Shown here piece after piece: positions 56,649-64,000 of a stretch of 64,000 nt of DNA; position 1 is the first letter of the stretch, and each line of letters starts with the position of its first letter. The notes beneath the pieces were generated by a model. That model searched no databases. It saw nothing but the letters and a program-made list of their open reading frames with translations, and was not told the origin of the DNA. The stretch lies in IMG/VR virus record IMGVR_UViG_3300024308_000016, positions 62,001-126,000 of that record; one strand, written 5' to 3'. A program made the position numbers and the translations under genes.

Positions 56649-57098
56649 ATGAAAGCTGTTATGAACCGCAACAAGATTTCGGAAGTTGAAGTGACTGTTT
56701 TGACCCAGTTGTTGACAACTGCCATGCAAGACGCCATCGATAACACGACGTCCATGGGGTATGCCCATCTTCGCTGTGTGGAGGAAGACATCGAGAAAGC
56801 GTGGGTGCGCCGCCAGGCATTTGCTATCGATGTGTTTCGCAAGATGCGGCAAGCCGAGGGTTTGAGCGCAACCATCGAGATTGCGCAAGACAACATCTCC
56901 GGCGTTCGCATCAACGTCTTGGAGACGGAAAGCGGGGAGTTCTACTATGAGGTCGTCTATCTTCTCGACGGAGCTAAGAACGTCCTCAAGCCTCCTTCGT
57001 ATTGGGAGATGAACGAGACGGTGAATATGGCGGACTTGCTGCATGACGCCCAACTCGACATCCAGCAAAGAGCAAGCAACGAGAAAGGAAAGACATGA
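56649..57098 (+). CDS. hypothetical protein
   Basis: First ORF after P7; ATGA-coupled to the next gene. Confidence 0.7.
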   Translation: MKAVMNRNKISEVEVTVLTQLLTTAMQDAIDNTTSMGYAHLRCVEEDIEKAWVRRQAFAIDVFRKMRQAEGLSATIEIAQDNISGVRINVLETESGEFYYEVVYLLDGAKNVLKPPSYWEMNETVNMADLLHDAQLDIQQRASNEKGKT

Positions 57099-58651
57099 AG
57101 ATTGAGTCGGATTCTGGCACTATCTTGAGCCAGGATAAAAGTGTGCGTATCTCGCACACCGAGGATGGCGTCAAGCGTGGGGTGACTTTTCCGATCACCC
57201 TGTACAAGCAAGACTACTTCAAAAGCGACGAGACGTTCTCCAGCATCAACAGCTATTGGGCCCAGCTGCCCCAGGCTGACCAAGATGAGATCTTCCGGAT
57301 CTACGAGAACATCCGTGAGCTGTTTGACTCGGTCAATGGGATCAAGGAGCTCAATGACGAACTGAAGGTGTATGTGGCCAACCTCATGGCTTTCCACAGC
57401 GCCCCAGATGTCGAGCGATGGATCCGCACTACCTCTGGGCTGGAAGTGCCCAAGAGCGTGCAGCAAGAGTACAGCTTTGACGTGGACAAGAACACGACGC
57501 GGGACCAGACCTACATCTACTCCGACTACCTGGGGTTGATGAGCCTGTCGGTGATCCTGCGTGCGATGATCCCGATCTGGGCCGTCTACAACAAGACCAT
57601 ACGCAGTGACAGCGGCAAGTCCTCCAAGGACACGCACTCGTTCCAATTGCTGGAGAAGTCCAGCATCTACAAGTGCGAGCCTATGGAGCGGCTGCGCCGG
57701 TATATCCAGGCCAACCTCAATAAGAGCTCCCACACCGGCAACCACACGCTGGAGTTGCTGTGCTCGGACGACATGCCCGAGATCAACCTGGCGCTGGTAT
57801 GCGTGAGAAAGCTGTGCCTGGGAGAGCTCAGGGTCGATGATCCCAAGCAAAACCTGGCGGCGCTGGTGTACAACTACATCGTGGACAGACCTCCTCCACA
57901 GGGCCAGGACTTCTCCAAGCGCGTGCTGGAGAAGAAGATCCCCACTGAAGGTGGCGGGGAATCCGGGGAAAACAATGGATCGACCCTGGAACTGTACAAG
58001 GCCCGTTCGACCGTCACCGTCGGTCGGATCGCCGAAATGGAGTACGCGTGGAAGGATCCCCACAACCTGGCCAGGTATCTGTGCCCTGAATACGTACCCA
58101 GTCATCTGGATCGAGCACTGGAGACGACCCAAGAGCTGTACACGCATACCGTGCATCCGTGCATGTTGACGCTGGCTCAGTGGGTACTGGCTCCGGTATT
58201 CCCACCGATGGGTCTGTTCTATATGGACACCAACCTGATCCTGCGGGCATTCGCAGTGACCGAGACCGTGTTGCGCGGACGAGGTTTCAAGTCTTTGGCT
58301 CTGCTGTCGTCGGCGTATTCGCTCGATGACGAGGACGAAGGCATGCGAGTGACACCTGTGGGCTCCAAGAGCCATATCGGAGCAGAGATTCAGGAGCGGA
58401 TGCTGGGACCCTTCCCCTACGCCCGTGAACAAAGAAAGCGCACGGCTACTCCTGTGCGCACCTGCTTTGTCACGGAAGACATCAAGGACTTGTCGTCGAA
58501 GTTCTTGGAGCACACCTGGCGCGCTACTGCAGACATCGAGTTGGTCACTGAGGTGCTGCGCACCTCCAGCGTTCGACGGATCCCCATCCCTCCGAACTTG
58601 AGAAGTGAACTGGCTCTGATGCTGCTGGACGCTGAAGAGCGGTTCGAGTAA
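57095..58651 (+). CDS. non-virion RNA polymerase specificity subunit (phiKZ gp68-like)
   Basis: 518 aa; INSYWAQLP..QDEIF.IY, TY..SDY.GL..LS..LRAMIPIW and QW.L..VFPP patterns; synteny. Confidence 0.7.
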   Translation: MKIESDSGTILSQDKSVRISHTEDGVKRGVTFPITLYKQDYFKSDETFSSINSYWAQLPQADQDEIFRIYENIRELFDSVNGIKELNDELKVYVANLMAFHSAPDVERWIRTTSGLEVPKSVQQEYSFDVDKNTTRDQTYIYSDYLGLMSLSVILRAMIPIWAVYNKTIRSDSGKSSKDTHSFQLLEKSSIYKCEPMERLRRYIQANLNKSSHTGNHTLELLCSDDMPEINLALVCVRKLCLGELRVDDPKQNLAALVYNYIVDRPPPQGQDFSKRVLEKKIPTEGGGESGENNGSTLELYKARSTVTVGRIAEMEYAWKDPHNLARYLCPEYVPSHLDRALETTQELYTHTVHPCMLTLAQWVLAPVFPPMGLFYMDTNLILRAFAVTETVLRGRGFKSLALLSSAYSLDDEDEGMRVTPVGSKSHIGAEIQERMLGPFPYAREQRKRTATPVRTCFVTEDIKDLSSKFLEHTWRATADIELVTEVLRTSSVRRIPIPPNLRSELALMLLDAEERFE

Positions 58652-58700
58652 TCGAACACTACTACCCTTTCCTCCAACCTCTATAAGAAAGCAATTGAAC

Positions 58701-60155
58701 ATGTCCCAATCTCGCGAAAAGATCGAAGTGCGTCGCCTGATGTTCCAGGAAACCGGCATCTTCCGTGATGTCTATTCCCGGCCGCTGGAACTGATGATGA
58801 GCGACAATGCCGACGAGAAGATCCGCAATCGCCTGATGAATGCGCACCGTGACGGCAAGCTCAATGCGTCTGCTTTCAAGGGCGTGGCCTCCCGTATCCT
58901 GACACCTTCTATGAACGTGTCCGAGCGTGACCGCATCATCGTTCCCAATGGCTGGGACCGCCCACGGTGCCGCTTCTCGATGGAGCTTGGTATCACCAAT
59001 CGCATCGGTGGCGAGGAGACCATGTTTGTCCAGGGCTTCACGGACCACCTGGGCTTGTCGGGCGCCAACAGCGTCGACCCGGACATGCGGCTGTATATCA
59101 ACGGCTTCATCCGGGTGGGCTATGGCGTTCGCCACACATCGTTCGGCCGTGAGCAAGTACCGCTGATCAAAGAAATGGCCCAGGTCATCTCCGGGCGCCT
59201 GGTCTACGACCGCGACTACGACACCCATGCCATCCGGCCGGTCGATATGTTCTCGCGCATCCAGACCAACTTCTACGACCTGGGCTCTTCGGAGCCGCTG
59301 CGTGATACGCGGTCCATGGTGTCGTCGCCAGCCACTGCTTTGTTCTCGCGGCGCAAGCACGTGCTGCCAGCGGAGTATCTGGCCAACACCTTGCAGTCGT
59401 TCAGGTCTGCGTCCGACACCGCGGACTTCGCTCAAGGCGCTACCGACATCATCGGCCATGCCCAGCAAGACCTGAGCGCGGACATCGAGATGATGCGCGA
59501 CAACCCGTTCGTGCGTCGAATCAGCGCCATCCAAGGCGTGATCGAGTCTGTGGAGTTCACCATCAAGGACTTGTTGGAAGTTGATCCAGACGCAGGTCGC
59601 CCTGGCCGCATCCGTGGCTCGGTGCTGGAAACCTCGGCTCGTCGAGAGCTGGCCACGATCGAGAACTGCTCTCGCTGGGACGATCGTACTGCCCAGGCGC
59701 AGTGGGCCGTGCAGATGAGCAACGGCATAGCCGCGATCATGATGAAGTACTACCACCGGGAGCTGCAGTTCACAGCGACCAACATGACCACCGGTGGCGT
59801 GGTGGTCAGTATTATCGAGACCACACCGGTGGCCGACGGTATGCCACTGTCGTTCATCGACTCCATGGTCGACGAGATCGAGGACTTGCTCCTGGACCTG
59901 AGCAACAACAACGAGATCCTCTTCGACACCATCGTCGAGGCAAACCTCTATGATCAGACCCGTATCGAGGTCGGCCTGGAAAGCGACCCCATGGAGCTGT
60001 TCTATGTGCCGAGTTTCGCAGACTCGCTCATGAATTCCATGTACACGCGAGATCGCGATGCTGTCGACGATATCGTTTCCGATTTCCAGTCCATCATCAA
60101 CGACATGACGGGTGAGCTGTCGGGCAGCGCTCACGATCTGGGCAACGCTCTGTAA
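58701..60155 (+). CDS. picA: phage-nucleus protein import factor (phiKZ gp69 / PicA / Imp1-like)
   Basis: ETG....VYSRP, IVPNGW..PRCRF.M, GFTD..G.S, RP.D.F and P.FADSL motifs; directly after the gp68-like gene. Confidence 0.65.
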   Translation: MSQSREKIEVRRLMFQETGIFRDVYSRPLELMMSDNADEKIRNRLMNAHRDGKLNASAFKGVASRILTPSMNVSERDRIIVPNGWDRPRCRFSMELGITNRIGGEETMFVQGFTDHLGLSGANSVDPDMRLYINGFIRVGYGVRHTSFGREQVPLIKEMAQVISGRLVYDRDYDTHAIRPVDMFSRIQTNFYDLGSSEPLRDTRSMVSSPATALFSRRKHVLPAEYLANTLQSFRSASDTADFAQGATDIIGHAQQDLSADIEMMRDNPFVRRISAIQGVIESVEFTIKDLLEVDPDAGRPGRIRGSVLETSARRELATIENCSRWDDRTAQAQWAVQMSNGIAAIMMKYYHRELQFTATNMTTGGVVVSIIETTPVADGMPLSFIDSMVDEIEDLLLDLSNNNEILFDTIVEANLYDQTRIEVGLESDPMELFYVPSFADSLMNSMYTRDRDAVDDIVSDFQSIINDMTGELSGSAHDLGNAL

Positions 60156-60212
60156 GCAAAAGGACCACACCCAGGACTCCCATCAAGGGGTCCTGGGCAT
60201 AGAAAGGTATAG

Positions 60213-62003
60213 ATGACACAAGAAACTATTGACGACTTCTACAAGTCGCTCATCCGCTCCACGGGGTGTGACGTAAACGAAGACGGCGTGATGACCGTCA
60301 CCACCAAGGGAAAGACCGAGGACGTCACACTCAACACCAATGGCACCGAGCGTGTGGTGATGCTGCCGACATATGAGAACTTGCGCGACCCCAGGCCCGA
60401 GACGCACATGTTCTTTCACCCGCTGGCCGAGAACTTGGAGCGAGGCAAGTCCGAAGTCTTCGACATGTTCCATCGACGCATGATGAGCAAGCTCAACAGC
60501 GTCATCACCATCGCTGGCGTGGGACTGCTGACGCTTCAGCTCAGCCCCAATCTGCACTCCAAGTTCAACAAGGAGCAAATGGAGATCATGCGCATGATCT
60601 CCGAGTCCAATGACAAGAGCGCCGTCAACTGGACTATGATCGCCATGCATCCGGTGCTCAAGATGTCCGACCGCCTCGATCGCTGGGGTGTGAACGTCTT
60701 CATCAAGAAGAAGGGCAAGTACAAAGGCCAGGAGTACAAGCGCGTGGGTGTGACGGGATTCCCGGCATACGAGGAGATCGTCAAGGGCGAACGCTACTAC
60801 AAGACCGAAGGCAAGGATGCCAAGATGGTCGGCCGTCATGGGGACTACAAGACCTACACACAGGTCATGGAAGCCCTGTTTCCGGACATCAAGGAGCTGG
60901 GCGCTTATGATGCTGGGTTTGACGGCGGCATCGCTCCGAACCTGATCGCCTTCCTCAAAGCGGTGCAAAAGATCGCTGAGCGCATCAACTTCGTGACCGA
61001 CACGATGGCGGAGTTCTTCCAGCAAGTGGGGGTTGATCCGGCTTTGAGTCGCATCGATCTGAGCTGGAGCAAGTTCATCGACGATGACCACGCTTCGACC
61101 CTGAGCGCATGGCTGCGCAAGATCCCATCCCTGGAAGGCAATGCTGGTCGTCCCGATCTGCGTGGCCTCAAAGAAGACCGGGAACCCGAGCGTCGGGAAG
61201 AGCGCAGGGAAGAAAGGCGTGAAGAGCGCCGAGAACCCGAGCGCGCCAAGGACGCCCTTCCCTGGGAAGACGAAGAAGCGCCTACCAACAAGTATGGCCT
61301 GAAGGTCTCCTGGGCCAAGAAGGGTGGCGGCAACTTCAAGGATCTGGACGCTGAGCGTCGGGCCCGTGAAGACGCCGAGATCGAGGAGGAAGAGCGCCGC
61401 CGCGCTCGTATCCGCCGAGAGCGTGAGGAAGAAGAGCGCGATCGTGAGGCTCGCCGCCAACGCCTGCGCAATGACGATCGTGATGACGAAGAAGCGCGCC
61501 GCAAGGAGCGCCAACGTCTGCGCGATGAAGAAGAGCGTGCAGCTCGGGGTGACTCCCGAGATCCGGAACCCACTCGCAGTGTGACTACGGAAAACGGCAA
61601 GCTCAACTTCGCAGAAGCTCTGCGCCAAAAGCCCGAGATCGCCAGGGGCACCCGCACTGAAGAAGAAGCGCGTGAGCGTGACCGCGGCCGCCGTGGACGT
61701 GGGCGCTATCGGGACGACTACGATGATGACTATGACGACGACCGTGACTATCGCCGTCGTGACCGTTATCGCGACGATCGCGATGACCGGGACTATCGGG
61801 ATCGTTATCGTGATGACCGCGACGATCGTGACTATCGCAGCCGTTATCGCGACGATGACCGTGACTACCGGGATCGCTACCGCGATGATCGGGATCGGGA
61901 CTACCGTGACCGCGATCGCGACCGCTATCGTGATGACGACCGTGACTACCGCGGTCGTGATCGGGGCCGTGGCTCTGGCGCTCGCCGACTGGGCTGGGGT
62001 TAA
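60213..62003 (+). CDS. phiKZ gp70-like core protein with R/E- and RD/RY-rich low-complexity C-terminus
   Basis: FFHPLAEN..RGKSEV motif; synteny between the PicA-like gene and nvRNAP beta. Confidence 0.65.
   Translation: MTQETIDDFYKSLIRSTGCDVNEDGVMTVTTKGKTEDVTLNTNGTERVVMLPTYENLRDPRPETHMFFHPLAENLERGKSEVFDMFHRRMMSKLNSVITIAGVGLLTLQLSPNLHSKFNKEQMEIMRMISESNDKSAVNWTMIAMHPVLKMSDRLDRWGVNVFIKKKGKYKGQEYKRVGVTGFPAYEEIVKGERYYKTEGKDAKMVGRHGDYKTYTQVMEALFPDIKELGAYDAGFDGGIAPNLIAFLKAVQKIAERINFVTDTMAEFFQQVGVDPALSRIDLSWSKFIDDDHASTLSAWLRKIPSLEGNAGRPDLRGLKEDREPERREERREERREERREPERAKDALPWEDEEAPTNKYGLKVSWAKKGGGNFKDLDAERRAREDAEIEEEERRRARIRREREEEERDREARRQRLRNDDRDDEEARRKERQRLRDEEERAARGDSRDPEPTRSVTTENGKLNFAEALRQKPEIARGTRTEEEARERDRGRRGRGRYRDDYDDDYDDDRDYRRRDRYRDDRDDRDYRDRYRDDRDDRDYRSRYRDDDRDYRDRYRDDRDRDYRDRDRDRYRDDDRDYRGRDRGRGSGARRLGWG
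61670..61975 (+). repeat. coding imperfect tandem repeat (RDYRDRYRDD-type)
   Basis: Repeated CGTGACTATCG / CGCGACGATCG units encoding RD/RY repeats. Confidence 0.85.
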
Positions 62004-62067
62004 CAGCCTGGCATAGGGACCTGTCCCGAGCTCCCGGCGGGGAGCTCAGGATGGGACTCTTTTTCTT

Positions 62068-62436
62068 TTACCTTTGGGTATCAGGCAGGCGCAGCTTGTT
62101 GCGGGCAGTCATGTACACGGAGGTAATAGCCTCCAGCACCTGGATATCGGGCAGCAGCACGTCCATGGACTGCCCCGAGTAGTCCGCTGGAGACTTCAGT
62201 CCGTTCAACAGCATGATCACCCGGTGATACTTCGGAGGGATGGAGAAATGGGTCAGCACCGCGAAGAAGTCACCCCTGGCATTGTCGAGAATGCTGTCAG
62301 GGATAGGCCGATACTCGGGGCGGCCGGCTCGCTTGAACCATTCCAGGTGAGAGTCCTGCACCTGGATCAGGTCTTTGTCAAAGTACAGCGTCGCATCTGT
62401 ATTGAAGATGGAGCCTTGGAAGATTTTCATAGCCAT
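62068..62436 (-). CDS. LysM-like small virion protein (T4 gp53-type baseplate wedge-like)
   Basis: GDFFAVL..FSIP.KYH..IM.LNG..SP.DY..V.LPD pattern. Confidence 0.5.
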   Translation of the reverse strand: MAMKIFQGSIFNTDATLYFDKDLIQVQDSHLEWFKRAGRPEYRPIPDSILDNARGDFFAVLTHFSIPPKYHRVIMLLNGLKSPADYSGQSMDVLLPDIQVLEAITSVYMTARNKLRLPDTQR

Positions 62437-62460
62437 AAGAGCTGTTCCCAATAATAAATA

Positions 62461-62480
62461 GGCACTTACACTTTACTTGG
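62461..62480 (+). promoter_or_regulatory. phage promoter copy P8, upstream of nvRNAP beta
   Basis: GGCACTTACACTTTACTTGG, core of the repeated motif. Confidence 0.65.
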
Positions 62481-62525
62481 AAACCACGTCAAAGGTTTTC
62501 GAGTTTCACTTGAAAGGAAGAAGGT

Positions 62526-64000
62526 ATGGAGAATCTGGCAGCACAGATTATGCGTGGGGAGTTGCCGCCTCACCTGATCAATGAGCTGCGTCCTGAGTTC
62601 GTGGGCGTACACGCCCTGAATCCGGGACTCGCCAGTAACAGCCCATCTCGCTCGACGATGATGAGCTCGCACATCTCTCAGCATTTGGTGACCGAGCACA
62701 TGGATATTCCGCTGACCATAGCGGGACCCGAGGTGGAGTACAGCAAATACACCACTGCCAGCCGCATACCCTGCGACTGTACTGTGTTCGACACCATCGA
62801 CCGCTATCCGCGCGGCATGAGCGAGAACTCTCTGAAGTTCAATCCGGAAACCCTGGTGTTTTACTGCGATGAAAACACCGGCGAGTACAACTTCATCAGT
62901 GTGCCCTACCACGTCAGCCTGCATCAGTATTTCGGCTATAAGAATGTCAAAACTGATGCCATCAACCGATTGACGCCAGGCGCCTTCCTCAAAGAAGGCA
63001 CCGTGTTGGCCGATACACCCGGTAATGTGGGTAAGTTCTATACCGCGACGACCAACCTGAACGTGATGCTGGCCTCGGACGCCGGTGTGGCTGAGGACGG
63101 CATCATCGCATGTCGGGAGTCGTTGGACAAGCTCGCCTACAAGGTGTACGAAAAGCGAACAGCCTCCGTGGGTCTGAAGAAGTTCCCTGTGAACATCGGC
63201 GGGCCCGACGAGTACAAGTGCTTTTACGACATCGGTGACGAAGTTCCCATCTCCGGGGAATTGATGTACCTGCGCGAATATGTGCCGGGCTTGTCGCCCG
63301 TCATGATGAGTCGCAGGGCCACCCGAGAGGTGGACTATACGTTCGACGAAATTGTCTATGCGCGCCAAGGTGCCGTGGGCAAGGTCGTCGACATCCAAGT
63401 CATCGGCAATGCGGACACCATCCGCGCACTGCCGACGGAAATGACTGCGCAGTTCGAGAAGTATCGGCAAGCCGGTATTCGCTTCAATAAAGCGATCCTC
63501 GAGTTGGAAAAGCGCATGATCCGGGACAGTCGCCAACGCTTTGGCACTGAGTATCCCAAGATCAACTCTGCCTTGCAGCGCCTGTTGGTAGACGCTCGTG
63601 CGTTGACTAACCATGACGAAGCTCGCATGGGTAAGAGCCTGCAGCTTCTGATGAACCGAAATGTGCTCGACGAGTATCAAATCGAGTTCACGATCGAGTA
63701 CACCATTGTTCCCGATATCGGGTTCAAACTGACCAGTATTTCGGGCGATAAGGGAGTGATCACCTCGATCCTTCCCAAAAGCCAAATGCCTCGTGATGCC
63801 GACGGAAACATCGCCGATCTCGTCATGGCCCCAGATGGCACTGTAGCGCGGACCAACTATGCGCGCGGCTACCTCATGTATCTGGGTGGCGCTGCCCGCG
63901 ACATGAGCAAGAGACTGTACACGATGACCGGGCTTGATGCGCGCTGCTCGCCTGATGACGTCGAGTACATGGATGACGGACGCTTCAACCACGTGTGGTC
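62526..64000 (+). CDS. non-virion RNA polymerase beta subunit, C-terminal half (phiKZ gp71-73-like), 3-prime truncated by the window; absent from the ORF track
   Basis: ATG 62526; NSPSRSTMMSSHISQ, AEDG and GFKLTSISGDKGVI..LP..MP.D.DG..ADLVM.P.G..RTN correspond to RpoB DANRALMGSNMQRQ, EDS and GDK..GRHGNKGV motifs. Confidence 0.9.
   Translation, partial: MENLAAQIMRGELPPHLINELRPEFVGVHALNPGLASNSPSRSTMMSSHISQHLVTEHMDIPLTIAGPEVEYSKYTTASRIPCDCTVFDTIDRYPRGMSENSLKFNPETLVFYCDENTGEYNFISVPYHVSLHQYFGYKNVKTDAINRLTPGAFLKEGTVLADTPGNVGKFYTATTNLNVMLASDAGVAEDGIIACRESLDKLAYKVYEKRTASVGLKKFPVNIGGPDEYKCFYDIGDEVPISGELMYLREYVPGLSPVMMSRRATREVDYTFDEIVYARQGAVGKVVDIQVIGNADTIRALPTEMTAQFEKYRQAGIRFNKAILELEKRMIRDSRQRFGTEYPKINSALQRLLVDARALTNHDEARMGKSLQLLMNRNVLDEYQIEFTIEYTIVPDIGFKLTSISGDKGVITSILPKSQMPRDADGNIADLVMAPDGTVARTNYARGYLMYLGGAARDMSKRLYTMTGLDARCSPDDVEYMDDGRFNHVW

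Noticed and set aside
61670-61975. Non-coding repeat array or CRISPR
   Set aside because: Repeats are in frame and explained by the RD/RY protein tail
56957-63992. Long minus ORFs of 600, 502, 481 and 508 aa
   Set aside because: Antisense to recognisable core genes (gp68-like, PicA-like, gp70-like, nvRNAP beta)
62526-64000. Intron or homing endonuclease in nvRNAP beta, as in phiKZ gp71-73
   Set aside because: The reading frame is continuous to the window end; anything beyond cannot be seen
1-64000. tRNA, rRNA, chimallin or tubulin genes
   Set aside because: None recognised by eye; nucleus formation is inferred only from PicA-like and ChmC-like genes. tRNAscan-SE and HMM searches would settle this

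Overview
A 64 kb piece of a phiKZ-like jumbo phage genome (probably nucleus-forming, Chimalliviridae-type). The right end holds the conserved core block, identified by recalled motifs plus synteny: SbcD-like nuclease, gp66-like, ChmC/gp67-like, nvRNAP gp68-like, PicA/gp69-like, gp70-like, and an nvRNAP beta C-terminal subunit that runs off the window. The minus strand carries two parallel five-gene tail/adhesin cassettes plus Kelch, FG-GAP and LamG-like modules. The plus strand is mostly accessory operons driven by a repeated bipartite promoter, with an AATAGAAAG ribosome-binding motif. Main leads: (1) a seven-gene tandem paralog array sharing an NP(L/I)(Y/F)GK C-terminal domain; (2) a structured ~340 nt non-coding region with six CACTC(C/G) repeats, followed by a 37-aa membrane peptide; (3) a stand-alone RNAP beta-prime zinc-binding domain and two stand-alone capsid-like domains (possible decoys); (4) a DUF4326-NADAR-SLOG fusion; (5) a lipoprotein + glutathionylspermidine-synthase-like pair; (6) four secreted two-cysteine paralogs; (7) an RD/RY mixed-charge tail on the gp70-like protein. 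No tRNA, rRNA, CRISPR array, integrase, transposase or reverse transcriptase was recognised. Family assignments come from motif recall, not database searches.
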